Shown here: positions 13,101 to 30,520 of the stretch, piece after piece
Layout: each line of letters starts with the position of its first letter
Numbering within the stretch: the stretch's first letter is position 1
Source: Rhizaria sp. SCN 62-66
Taxonomy: Eukaryota
NCBI GenBank assembly: GCA_001724265.1
Contig: MEDY01000223.1
Coordinates: 1-64,000, forward strand
Length of the DNA: 64,000 nucleotides
Reading direction: 5' to 3'
Notes under the pieces: generated by a model
What the model was told of the DNA's origin: nothing
Database searches by the model: none
What the model saw: the letters and a program-made list of their open reading frames with translations, nothing else
Translations under genes and position numbers: made by a program

Positions 13101-16100
13101 GGCTGAAAAGCGCCCGCAGTCGCAATCGTTGTAGCTCTCCAGTCCTCTGAGGTCGATCATGCCAGGATGGGCGGCGTCGCCATCGACAAGCACGTGTACG
13201 CCTTGCATGATTGCGCCCTCGAGTTGCAGCAGCTGGTGCACAAGCCGAGCAACGACGCGGACCGCGCCCGCGCGATAGATGTTCTCGCGGCCCGTCTCCG
13301 TCGAAGCCGCGTTGCGCAGCGCCGACAATGCGCGGACCACCGTTAGCCACTGAGAGTCGATGGTCTCTGCAATACGCTCCTCAGCTATGTACGCGCTGAC
13401 AAGCTCGCTTGCTGCAGCGCCGTGGTGCACGCGCTCAGACCGCGGTGACGGCGCCGTCCAGGTCTCTTCGGCTTCACGCGCGGCGGCACGCATTCGGCGG
13501 AGCACCAAGTGGGCGATGACGTGGATCCCGGGCAGCATCGTCACAAAAAATACGAGTGCGCGCGTAAGCATGCGCTCAACGCCGAACTCGGCAAACTGGA
13601 TGCAGTCCGGGTGCGGCGCCCTGGCAAAGAAGTTGAAAACCGCGGCTGAAAACGGCACTTGGGACACGTACCGACTCCAGAGCTGCGTTTGTAGCTCGCG
13701 AAGCGGACCGAGAGCAACGCGCGGGTTGTCTGTCAGGAGTGCCGCGGTGTACTCTAGCTCGGAAGCCACAAAATTCGCCGACGACAGGATTGCGGTAACG
13801 CGTTGACTTGATCCCGCTAATCCTTGCATTGGCACCCTTGTTGAATTGGCACACCGTATTAGAAAGTCCCGCGCAACAGCCAGATCACTCGAAACGCGCG
13901 CGTTGATGTCGGCGGTCACACCTGGGATGTACGCAATTGTCTTCCACAGAATTTCCAGCTCGTCCCGCGGCACACTAGCAAGCGCAGCCCGCGCGACCGC
14001 CACCGGTACCAGGGGCTTGGCCAGCGGATTATCCCCGCGTGCTCCAACGGCGTGAAGGTCTGTGCCGCCGCGGCCGCCGTTGCGGTTTGAACTCCACGTG
14101 TTAAGGCCTCGGAAATAGTCGGTTTCGGAAACTGACTCAATGCCGTTCACGTAAAGCATTGCATAAGCTTGCGCAGGCTGCGACAGAGCGCCGAGACGTC
14201 CTCTTGCCATCAAATGACAAACCGACCGACTGTAATCGCGGCTTTGCGCCCTTTTGTCGACGTCCGCACCGAGACAGCCGACGTACTTGCTGCGCCAAAG
14301 AAAGGCGGCGCTATTGCGCCCTGCCGCAACAGCGGCGCTCTGATATCCTCCGTCACCGTCGCCGTCATCGTCGACACCACTGTCATCGAACCCGCTGAAG
14401 TTGCCCAGGATGCTGGTGTCGTTGCTGGAAACGTTTTCCCGACCGTTGTTGCTGCTGCAGGTTTCGGACAACTCGTCACTGTGGAAATATCCGTCGCCGC
14501 GGCTAGGGCGGCGGCTGTGCGTCTCTTTGAAGTCGCAATTGATATCCTTGCTTTTAGAATCACAGCTGCCACTGACGGCACTCTCCTTGTGACCGGCATC
14601 ATCCGGGTCAAGCCAAACAACATCGTCGTTCTCAGGGTCTTCACTGCTGCTGCTGATGTTGTCAGCGTCAATGTCCACACAGGAACCAGGCGCCGCAAAC
14701 GCAGACTCGAGCGCAACGCGACATGTACCGTAAGGCTGTGTTGTGTTTCCGTTCAGGCTTGGACTCATGTTGCGCACACTCTCTTGATCGCCTTTGCTTG
14801 AACGCATTTGTTGCTGCTGGTGCTGCTGGTCCTGGCGCTGTTGTTGCTGCTGTCTGGCTACTGCCCACGCCTCTTCATGCATCAGACTGGCAACAGACGC
14901 ATCGCTGCTCTGCTGTTCTAACATATGCGCAATCTTGTCGATCTCGGGCGGTACGGAGATGTTGATGTGTTCGCACAGCGCGGTGCACTTGTTGCAGTCA
15001 GACAGCGCGTCACCAAAGCTGCCCAACGCCTGCAATGCCTCGATGCGACGGAGATACGCTTTGACCGGCACTGGAACGCCGCCCTTGTCCTTCGCGGCGA
15101 CGGGAGACAGCTCACCATCCTCCAAGTACTCGAAGATGTTGATTGCAGTCGATGCGTCCTTGACCGCGTCTTGGTACTGCTGTAGTTTGTTGTGGCACGC
15201 GGCGCGGTTTGCGTAGTACGTCTTGTTGTCTTTGCAAATGTCAATAGCGGCAGAGTAGTATTGCGCAGCAAGAGTGTACTGCTCCTGCTTAAACGCATTG
15301 TTTCCGAGCTCTTTAAGCAGGTCTGCCTCGCGCGGCCCTTCATCACACGCTGCCACAGCCGTTTCTAGCGCAGCGAATGCGGAACTGTTCAGGTCAGCGT
15401 CCAGGATAAGCTTGAAAAGCTTGTCGCAGGCGTTGTTGATGTTGTTTTCAGCATCTATCAAAGAGACATACAAATAAATGGATTGCGAATAAGTCGAATA
15501 TAAGACACGTGTACTGTGAGACAACGTCAGCAAACACTACTAGTTTATGATGCACTTTGACATATTGACGTGCGACTTTGTTGATGCAAAACACTTACCC
15601 AGGTCCCAGAAGTCCCAAACCGCGTGGTTTGGGCCCTAGATACCGTGGTTCGAGAGGCCCATAGGTCCTGCTTCCATATGTAGGGACGCCCAGCCCTCCT
15701 CATCGCTTAACAGCCCACGGTCCTCGAGCCACTGCTTGCGCCGCTGACGGCGCCGCAAGATGACTCCGAGTTGCGTCGCCCTCGCCACACACGCGCGCAG
15801 CAGCCGCTCACGACGGGCAGCGGCGCACACGGTGGGCTCTGCGCAGCGCTGGCATGTAAGATTCGAGCTGTTGTAGTACTCCCACTTGCATTGCTCGCAG
15901 TAGCGCTGGCAAGCCTCGAGCATACCGTCATCGGCACGGCCAGCCGCAGGCAGTGCCGCATCCATCGGGGCGCTTGTCGGCTTGGGAGACGTACCAGAGC
16001 TCTCAGGAATACTTGCAGTGAAGTACGCGGACACCTTGGTGTCGTAGTCAGCGTCGGGGTCAAACGTGCCGTTGCAGATGTCATTGATAAGGCGGTTGAG

Positions 16101-16151
16101 GGCTGAGACCCGAGCGACTGCAGAAGCTTTAGTCGAGGGTGGGGTCGACAT
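10164..16151 (-). CDS. TTC12-like TPR + armadillo-repeat protein, copy 1 (~1947 aa if TAG is read as sense); exons 16151-15599 and 15454-10164; in-frame TAG at 15636-15638 and 11190-11192
   Basis: TPR carboxylate-clamp pattern (LKELGNNAFK..YYANRAAC..KAYLRR). C-terminus NAALACARVAGASPDMMQFVRE resembles, from memory, the TTC12 C-terminus. Phase-1 intron GTAAGT..TAG is shared with copy 3. The 3' end could splice at ~10172/10167 instead of ending at TAA 10164. Confidence 0.75.
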
Positions 16152-16805
16152 TGGCGCTTAGCTACGCCTTTCTATCACAAGTCAGATTACAATACAACAT
16201 AATGAGATAATGTTAGTGCGCGATGTTTCCCAAAAGATTAATGATTTACCTCAAAAGCTCTGATGGTCGACGTCGCATTTTGAGGGGCTCCTTTCCCCAT
16301 CACATGAAAAAGGCAGATCTTGCAAGATATAACGAGGATTTTGATAGTTATATTTTAAATACGCTACATTTTAAGTTGTTCACTTTTTGTTTCTAAAACA
16401 ACATTTGATGGTCGTATGATTTAGCCTCTATCCTGCATTTATCACCTTCGCATGTGAGAGGACCCAAGGCAGGTCACAGTTACCACAGCTTGATTCGCAA
16501 TGTGTTGATCAAGACGTAAGATTTGTGAAAGGTAGAACTTGAAAAAATCCATAAGACATGTTTTAATGAATAGGTTCATTATGCTGTTGTAAAATAGTTT
16601 CGTTCAAAAGTCAATGTATTGAGAAACGTAAAAACAAAGGTGTGGTAAGTTTCGCTCCGTCGGCTGCAGTTGTTCGTAAGTATAGATTCATTTCGTGTCT
16701 CTCTAAAGTCAAAGACATGGAATATTTTTAACACCTAATATGCACAGGTCACACCATTATAAAACAGCTATGTAGCTTTAAGTTGCTTTTTTCAGCTTCG
16801 TTCGT

Positions 16806-21164
<4,359 letters not shown>

Positions 21165-21294
21165 TGGCACCAAACTAGAGTACGAACGCCTTTCCTACAA
21201 AACTAAATACACCACACAATGACGTATGAACGTGGTTATTTGACTTAAGCCATAAATGCGCGTGAATTCAGCCATCGTGTTTCGGTGGTGTTAA

Positions 21295-21362
21295 GGTCTC
21301 GCGTCACATGTTTTTAAGGACAGATTCTTCGAGGTACACAGGTGCTTTTAAAATAATATTTC
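21295..21362 (-). promoter_or_regulatory. Upstream element shared by the TTC12-like copies (similar stretch at ~28225-28282, weaker at ~16301-16330)
   Basis: + strand AAGGACAGATTCTTCGAGGTACAC vs AAGGACGGATTTCTCAAGGTATAC vs AAGGCAGATCTTGCAAGATAT, each ~130-180 bp upstream of the respective ATG. Confidence 0.5.
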
Positions 21363-21850
21363 AAAATATAACGAATAATTAATCTGATAAATCGTGCCAT
21401 AAGTTGACTATTCACGTTGACGATCAACGTATCTCTCTTTCAGTGGTTCTCATCACGATTCATTTTTCTTTGTTGAGTCGCACTCTCCAACTGGAGAGTG
21501 CGACTCTCCAGTCGGGAAAAGTCTGACCACGGTGACCATGGAAAACTGGTTATCTTTGTCATGCCACCATGTGTGATGTTATTTACGTTCCAAACAGACC
21601 AGTCGAAGAGAAGCTATCATGTTGTGAATGTGTTTTTATTTTTGGGATTTCGATTTCATTCCTGTTTTGAGGCATATCTCCAGCATCATCCCAATCTGTA
21701 CTGCTGTTCACCAAGTAGACTAAATAGTTGGAAGCTTAAGTTAAACGATACGTTGCATTGCTCACTAATAAAACGAAGCGTTTGTGCCACCACAGCGCGC
21801 TATGCCTGGCATTGACACCCTGCTGATCTGATATTGCATCTGTGGCCGTC

Positions 21851-24800
21851 TCAGGCTGACTGTGACTGGCTATTTGATGACGCAGCTTCCCTTGCGTCAG
21901 TCTTTCCCCGATAGTTCTCAAGCAGCGGGAACGCATGCTCACGCACAAACTGCATAATCTCCGGTGACGCGCCGGCCAGCCGCGCGCACGCCAACGCGGC
22001 ATTCTGCGCTGTCGGCCCCCAATAGAGGTTGTTACACCGCATCAACAACATCACACAAGCGCCCACTGCGTGCAAAACGCCAACGCCCTGCAGGGCAGCG
22101 GAGGCGGAGGTGGAGGCGGAGGCGGAGGCGGACTTGCCTGCCGGCGCAACGCCGCGAGCCGCGTCTGGCAGCTTTAGCAGCGCGGCAAGCTCTATCTGTT
22201 GCTCTTCGAGCTTGGCCTTCTCGGCGGCGCCGTCGAGGAAATTCGGGTTGACGTCGAGCGAGGCTGATACAATGCGTGTGGACGTAAGGACGGCGGTGCG
22301 CACTAGTGCTGACGGGGCCGTGAAGAAGTGCTTGCTCCACTCGGTCTGTGAAACCATTGATGGCGGCAACTGTGCGACTTTGACGACGATTTGCGCAAAG
22401 TTGCCCGCCGTCTGCGGCGACCACGAGTTAAGCGCGAGTGTAACGAAGCCAGCGATGCCGGAGCCCGACGCGAGCGTCACCGCATCGTGGAGGCTGCCTC
22501 CGCCGCGGCTGCTCAGGTCGCAGAGCTCCACAACGCGCGCAGCGGCCAGTGCGCGCGCGACACCGGTGGGCAGCGAGTCGACGGGGACAGGAAGTGGAGA
22601 GCCCGCGGGGAGCTTCATGTGCTCCGCTCCCGGATACGAGCCCGCCGCCCGCTTCCACTGCTCCATGAACTCCTTGTTGATTTGCACAGCCTTGCCGGCG
22701 TTCTCCTTTGCTGCCTTGGTGGCAGCCTCGCGCGCGTCGGGCAGCGCGGCCGCGGCGGCGGCCTTGGCGCTGACCGGCGCCGGGGCTGGGAACAGATCGA
22801 GCTCGCGCGAGGCCTGGTGCGGGTCATGCTGGCACAGGATCGCGACAGCGCGGAAGCAGTGGTCGCTGAGAGCTTTCAAATCGTCCGACAACTGCATAGT
22901 TTCATCAGACACAAGCGTTGTCCCGCTGATCGGCAGTGTCGCGGCTGCGACGGCGGCGATGCCCGTGCCGAGCATCAGCCCAATGCCGTTGCGCGCAAGC
23001 ATGTCGTCGCGCGCGGCCAAGCTGCCGGCGAGAAGCCGTGTGAGCGCGGCTGCGACGCGCACCAGCGTGGCAAGATCCAGCCCCGTCGCGGGGACGGCGG
23101 AGGAGCTCATCGCGCTCGGCGGCGGCGCAAGCAGCGCGAAGAGCGCCCAGGGCAGCGCGGGCGTGGCTGCGACAATGCGCTCTGTCGACCGGGGGCCCGC
23201 GGAGGCGGCCAGCTCCAGCAAGAGGACTAGGGACACCAGCAGCAGCGATGAGTTGCTCTGCAGAATGCTCATCGGCGTCGCGTTCGAGGCGTGAGTCTCT
23301 GCCGCCGCCTTAAAGCGGATGTGCAGCGGTGCGCTAAGTACGGCGGCAGCGGCGCGCAAAGCGACGCGCGCCACGAGCTCCAGACACGTTTCCTTGACGT
23401 TCGTCTCCGTGTCTGCGTCTGCGTCAGCGTCAGCGTCGGAGTCGTCGAAATCAGAGTCTAAGCCGGCCTCGGTGTCGTCTCGCTGGCGCCACCGGACGGG
23501 CTTGTTGGCGAGGTACAGACACACGGCCTCGTCGGCCACGAGGAAGGTCGTCGTCTGGAGGACAGTAAAGAGCCGTGCCGCGCTCGACGTCGCGGCCACG
23601 TTCTGCAGCGGTTGGTTCACGGGGACGTTCTTGGCCCCTGCAAGCCGGACACCGCTGGTCTCGAGGAGACGCTGCGCGTACTCGCTCCACACGGTGTCGG
23701 TGAAGGGCGCGGTGACGAGCGAGGCGTACTTGTTTTCCATCTCGACGGCTGTCTTGTGGGCGCCGTCAAGCTTCTCCTTTGCAGCGAGGGCCGAGAGACG
23801 CGCTAAGGCCGCCCTCTTAGCAAGCTCGATCGTCTCAACATTCTGCGCCAGTGACGACGACGATGATGATGAAGAAGAAGATGAGGAGGTCGACTTGCCA
23901 CCCTTGACAGTCGTTTTGCTGTTCTTTGACTGCTGCTGTTGCTGCTGCTGCGCCTGCGGCTGCTGTGCGGCCTCGTTTTTCTTATTATCGCGTGTGACCT
24001 GCTCCATCAGGGAGTCCGCCTCCCGCTGCAGCCGCGTGAAGTCATAGTACGCACGGGCGACGGCCGGCGCAGTGAACGGAAAGCGTGGCTCATGGGTATT
24101 CGCGCAGGGAACGCCGACACCGAAACCGAGCTCAGCCCCCGCGACCGAGTGCTCGCGCGCCGCGTCCCTACCGTCATCGCCGCCGCCGCGGATGGCCTTG
24201 ACGAGCTCGGACAGGAGCAGACGGCCCACAATCCACCCGCCGCGCACCAAAGCGCGGAGAGCCGGGTCACACGCAAACCTGGACGCCACGGTCAGCAGGC
24301 CCTGGGCAGCGCTGCGCCGCACGAGCCGTTGCGCCGTCGGCAGCACAGACACGCCCCCCACAGGCACGCCCACAACTACGCCCACAGCGACGGCTCCGGC
24401 TCCGGCTCCGGCTGCTGCAGACACTGTTGCTGTTAATGTTGTGGGAGTAGCGGAAGCGTCCTGTGCGCTTTGGAGCTCTGCATTGCGAGCCATGGCGTCG
24501 TAGGTGGCCTGGGTATACCGGTCGGCGCGGAGCGACAACATGGACGCCGTGATCAGTCGCCCCAGCAAGCAGTCGTCGTCGTCTGCGTTCCGCGGCTTGG
24601 CATCAGCCTCAGTCTCAGCATCTGCGTTGGTGTCGGCGTTAGTGTTGCCGTTGCCGTTAACGTCGCCGCCGCCCTTGTCTTTGCTGGCGGCGGTTACCGA
24701 CTGCACATACCTGGTGACGATCTCCGTGTGGACGTCATCCGACTTCAATGTCTCACACAGCAGCCCCGCTGCGGCGTCGAGCGCGACCCCGACCGCGCTA

Positions 24801-27800
24801 AGCCACGACTGCACGGGCGCCGCCAGCGCGGCGTCGGCAACAAACATCGCTGTCGTCCGGAGGGCCTGTTCGTCGCGTAACAGCGCGGTCGTCACGCCGT
24901 CATCGGGCGCGCCCAGGCCGCCGACGTCAACCGTCTCCGGCGTCGCCTCACCACCGCGCGCGCGAACGGCCACAGCCTGCATGAGGCACCGCTCCAGATG
25001 CAGCAACATGATCACAAGCCGTGTAACGACGCTGAGCACGCCCGAGTGCAACATGGCCTCCCGGCCGCCCTCGGCCGCAGCGACCGCGCGCAGGGCCAGC
25101 AGCACGCGCACGAGCGTCGTCCAGCGGCCGTCGACGCACTGCGCCAGCGCCTCGTCCTCGAGCGTCGCCTGGTCAAGCTGCCGCAAGCCCGCGCTGCCGC
25201 GCACCTGCCCCCGCAGCAACGGCGTCGACGCCTCTCGCGCGGCGGCGCGCGTGGCCGTCACGCGCTGCTGCACCACATCGGTGATAGTATGCAGTCCAGG
25301 CAGCATGGTTACGGCGACGAGCAGCGCGCGGGCCAAAACGCGCATCTTGGGCGCGCTGGCGGCGATGGCGGCGCGCTCGGCCAGCGGCAGCCGCGGAAAG
25401 CTGTTCAGCGCCGCCGGCACCAGAGGCAACTGGTCGACCGTCTTAGCCCACGCGAGCGTCTGGGCAGCGCGCAGGGCACCCGCGGCGACGCGCGGGATGA
25501 GGCCCGCTTTGACGGTGTGGTGAAACCGCGCCGCCTCGTCGCCAGCGATGGCAACAATCTGCCTCAGACGGGCGTGGAGTGCCGCCGCGCCTTCACCGCC
25601 GCCGAAGTCGACCCCGCCGGCGCTCTCGCCCAGCGGCACTTCGAGCGGACCGGTGTAGATCTGCAGAATGTTCAGCGCGGCATCCGGGTCGGTCGACACG
25701 CGCGCAGCCAGGTCCTCCGCCACGAACGGAATGTGTGCGAGCATCACGCTGAGGATATGAAGCTCTTGGTGAGGCACGCCAGCCAACGCGTGGCTGGCGA
25801 AGCTCTCGCGCACTTTGTCCGCCACCGCGACGTCAGCAGTGCCGCCGCTGCCGCCGCCGCTGCCACCGCCGGCGTTTGTGCGCAGCGACGTTGCGCCGGC
25901 CCTGCTGCCGCCGCGGCCGCCGCCGAAGCCGCCGGTGCCAGACGCGTTCATGACGCTGATGTAGCTCAGACGGACTTTGTCGAACTGCTGGGTGACTGAG
26001 GTTGCGTAGCCGCGGGCTTGCTCCGAGAGCTGATCCATCCGGGTGTAGATCATGTTGTTGTATATTGCACGCGCGCGCTCGCGGCTGCGGCCACGGGCGC
26101 CTACGTCCGCCCCTGAGGTGCCGGCAAAGGAGCGCAGCCACATGAAGCCATTTCTGTTATTAGTGCCCTCATTTTCGCCTTCGTTGCCGCCTTTGTTGTT
26201 GTGGTTGTTGCCGTTGTTGCTGCTGTTGCTGCTGTTGTTGTTGCTGTCGCCACTGTTGCGAGCCTTGTTGTAGCCGTGACTGTAGCCGTCATAAACGCCG
26301 TCAGAAAAACTCTCTGGGTCACTCGAACTGCTAGTAATGTTCTTGATATGATTACTGATCCGTTGAGCACTGTCAGTGTCGAATTCGGCAATGTCATTCT
26401 CTTTTTCAGGATTACCGTCAATATTGCCCTTACCATCGCCATTACCAGTGCTGCGGCCGTTAAGCTTGCCAGTCAAGCTCAAGTTTTTGCTGACCCGGCT
26501 GTTCGCAGCGCCAACGACAGCGTCGTTGTCAGCACCAGCGCCAGCGCCAGTGTCATTGCCGTTACTACTGCCCTTGGTGCAGTTGGCGTTCACCCGCCAC
26601 CCGTCGAGCGAGCCCCCCGCCGCAGCGCGCTCGCGGCCTGCGCGGTAGGCCTCGCAGCTCTGTGCGCGCACGGCCTCGGTCAGCCGCGCGAGCTCCGGGG
26701 GAGGCGCGAGCCCGTTGGCGCGGCACAGCGCGGCGCACTCGTCGCAGTCAACCAGCGCGTCGTCAAACCACCCCAATGCCTGGAGAGCTTCGATGCGGCG
26801 GATGTAGGCCTTGATCGGCACTGGCACGCCGCCACCGCCGCCGCCGCTGCTGCTGCTGCTGTTGCTAGACGCTGTTGCTGTGGCCGCTGCTGCTGGGGTG
26901 GTTGTGGCGGCACAGGCGGCGGTAGATAGCACGAGCTTACCGTCCTCCAAGTACTTAAAGATGTCGATAGCCGTCGAAGTGTCCTTGACAACATCCTGAT
27001 GGCGCATCAGCTTACTGTAGCACACCGCACGGTTTGCGTAATACACCTTGTTGTCCCGGCAGATGTTAATCGCGGCTGAGTAATTCCGCGCTGCAAAGTC
27101 GTACTGCTCTTTTTCAAACGCGACATTGCCCAGCGTCTTGAGCCTCTCAGCCTCGGCCGTGCGCCCAGCGCGATTCTCGCGTTCCAGGATCATGAGTTTC
27201 TCGACGCCGGAGAATTCTGCGCTGGCCAGGTCGCCCGACATAAACAGCTTGAAGAGCAACGAGTCTGCTTCAGAGATGTCGTGTGCCTCGTCTACCAAAA
27301 AGAGATATGATGCGCAGGTTAATGGGAAAGACAAATGATAATGATGTGGTGAGCTTACGGATGTCGGAATATGCTGCACTTTGCAACGCAATAATACACT
27401 ATGAAATATGAAACACGCAGTGAGCAGTGATCCAGCACACAGGTAAGAATATGCGTCAAAAGTTAAAGCTTTGTTGTTAGCTGTTCTGTCGCAAAACGTA
27501 CCCATCTATCCCCAAAAGTCCCACACTTCGTAGTTGATGCCAGAGGGCTAGCTCACAAGAGCCGCAGCAACCGGAGCCGTTTTTTTCTTCCCGCCGCCGC
27601 CGCTGCCGCTGTTACCCGCGCCCGCGCCGGTCGAGGAGTCCGTGGCCGTTGCGGAGCTCTTGTCACGCGCGTCCCGATCGGCCTGCCACTTGGTATGCTG
27701 CCGCTGCCGCATCTTGCAGACGCCGATGAACGTGGCTTTGTCCGCGCACACGCGCATCAACCGCTCGAGGCGCGCCAAGGCCGGGACGGTGGGGCCGGCG

Positions 27801-28114
27801 CAACGCTGGCAGGTGATGTCAGTGGGACGGTAGAACTCCCACTTGCAGTGCTCGCAGTAGCGCTGGCAAGCTGCAGCCATGCCGTTGCCAGCGCAGCCAG
27901 CCGCGGGCAAATCAGAGTCAGCAGTGGCTGAGGTTGAGCAATGTGTTGTCGGCGCTTCGGCGAACGAGGTAGGCGACTTTGCGTGGAAGTATTCCGGCAG
28001 CTTCGTGGCATAGTCCGCGTCGCGGTCGATGGTTCCGGCGATGATACCCTGGGTCAGCTTGTTGATCGCGGCACATCGGCCAAACGCACCATCGTCAGGT
28101 TCGGTGGTCGACAT
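21851..28114 (-). CDS. TTC12-like TPR + armadillo-repeat protein, copy 3 (~2017 aa); exons 28114-27502 and 27291-21851; in-frame TAG at 27548-27550 and 27506-27508
   Basis: Same architecture and same phase-1 intron as copy 1 (..VWDFW..|DEAHDIS vs ..VWDFW..|DAENNIN). TPR LKTLGNVAFEK..YYANRAVC..KAYIRR. TGA stop. Confidence 0.8.
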
Positions 28115-28876
28115 TTGCACCAAACGAAGGCAAACAACGCCCTTTCCACTGTGAGTTGGGGTCAATCAAAAGAAATAGAACGAGATTAGCCAATATCGTT
28201 CACATAGGTGCGAAAAATCGGTTTGTCTCCACTACGTGGTCTCAAGGACGGATTTCTCAAGGTATACGCATGATTTCAAAGTCAACCATGTCAGGATAGT
28301 GACAGTTTAAGTTATAAAATAGTGGAATAAGTACAGAATTTGCGGTGACGATTTGTTTATGCCTCTTTTCTCCGTTGTCATTAAGCTGGATTTTTGATGT
28401 GGATCGCGCCCTCTGGGCCCACAGTCACCGGTGTGCTCACCACAAATCACAATTGACACCATACTTGACATCATAAATCGGCCTGGATCTGCCGAGATCA
28501 CAATGAGACTCGAAAAAACTTGAAGGTCGGGAAAATAAAGGGGAAATATGTTGCTTTTAGCTCGAGGACGATTATCGCCGCATCTATAGGCACATGAAGT
28601 TGCAAGCACGTGGAGTTTTATCATGCTACGTGATTATTTATTGGAACTCGTGTTAGACCAGAAGGTTAACGCTACGCTATGAAATACATCTTTGTAAATC
28701 ACTAAATCTTATAATACAATCTCTCTTCAAGTAATATCTAAGTTGTCGTTCGTCTCACTGACCCAGATCAAGACAAATCAGTCAACTGAACAACCATCAC
28801 CGAGAGCTCTCAGTCAGTTACGTACTACGTAGTAACTACTCGGTCGGCCTGTCAGCTCAGCAGTCAGCAGTTCGCT

Positions 28877-30520
28877 TCACAGCGAGTACTCCGCCTGCTT
28901 CGCCGCTTCCGCCTTGGCTTTCTCGGCGGCCGCCTTCTTGCGCGCCACCTTGGCCAGCAGCTTGAGCTCCTTCTTCTTCTTCTTCTCCTCCTCGGCCACG
29001 TGTTGTGCCACCCCGTGCAGAAAGTCGCCGAAGATCAGCTTCCCGTCCTTGGTCCGGTTCCACCACTCGAAGTACTGTCTCGCCAGTGGCGGTGCAGGCT
29101 CCACACCGCCCGGCTCGCCCCGCAGCGTCTCGAGGAAGTGGCGGATCTCGGGGAACTCGATGTACCCTTTCTCGCGCTGGTCGATATCGTCGAAAACGCC
29201 ACGGTAGTAGCTGCGCATCGGCAAAGCGACGCGGATGATAGTCTTAAGCTCGACCAGCTCTTCAAAGCGCTCAAAGCACGTGTTGACGTAGTTTTGCATG
29301 ACGGCTTGCTCCTCTTTGACGTCGCTCACCATCTGGTACGGGTGCAGGTGCTCCCAGTTGTCCACCTAAGATGAGTGCAATAACAAGAATATAGACAACA
29401 CAAGATATGCTTGGTTAGTTACTAAATCAATATGATAGATGGTATGTCATAATAATCAGACGATTGCTCGATTGTCACGTTTCACCTTGATTTGATCAGA
29501 TCACGAGGTATAATGAGTCATTTTTTAAAGTAATCAAGAGGTCATTGCGTCGCAACACTACTTAGACCTATGTAAGTACCTGAATCTCAGCGCCGTAGAA
29601 AATGAGCTGGCGCAGCGCGCGGCGGTGGTTGAGCTGGCAGCCCAGGTGCATGGCCGTATTCTTCCTGTTGTTCTGCAAGTTCGGATTCGCCCCGTAATCA
29701 AGCAGCAAAGTGAGGATCGCGGTGCCAGTCGACTCGTAGAACACAGCCTGGTGAATGAGAGGGTTGCCCTCGGTGTCGTGCTGGTTGACAAAGTCCATGC
29801 GGTCGCGCACTGGGACCTTCTTAATGAGGTGCAGCACTTCGAGCAAGTCAACGCGGCGGATGGCCTCGATGATGGGGATCTGAGGGCCCTGGCCCATCGT
29901 GATCACGTGACCGGGGTTCTTTTCCTTCACCACGGGCCTGTAAAAACAGAAACAAAAACGAATAAAACATAATATATCTGCAGTTAGAAATAAATGTTGG
30001 CTAAAATATAGATATTTCACTCTCAGGTAATATTGTTGAGTCTTGCTTTCATTTGAATACATTTTGCGATATAGAAATATATGTTAGTGAATGTTAGTGG
30101 CTTTGCAATGTTTGCTTTTGTTTTCGCGACGTACTCCTCGACGATGCCAAAGCTGTTCAGCACGGCTTTGCCGGCCTTCTTGCGGCTTGACGGTGACATA
30201 AGTGCAAAGCTTCCCCCCGCCTTGGGCGTCGCACCGCCGGCCCCGGTGCCGGGGCGGCTCGCGGTCGGCGTGGCCCCCGTGCTGTTACTATGAGCGGCAG
30301 ACGGGGTGCTAACGTTGACCGAGACGGACACGCCCTTGGGGCCCGTGGGTGCGCGCGCGGGGGCGGCGCCGGCCGCGGGGGGCTTGAGCGGTGCCGGGGG
30401 CGGGGCGCCGGAGCGGCGGGCGTTTCCGGCACCTGCGTTCGCCGCGGAATTCGTGGCACTCGTGGGTTTGGCCCCGGTGGCGCGGGCGACAGGCACGGAA
30501 GCTGTGGCGGCGGACGACAT
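28877..30520 (-). CDS. Ankyrin-repeat + EF-hand protein (~410 aa); exons 30520-30135, 29937-29580, 29365-28877
   Basis: Ankyrin-like GNPLIHQAV..LLLDYGANPNLQNNRKNTAMHLG. EF-hand-like FDDIDQREKGYIEFPE and NRTKDGKLIFGDF. Splice phases consistent, TGA stop. Confidence 0.85.
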
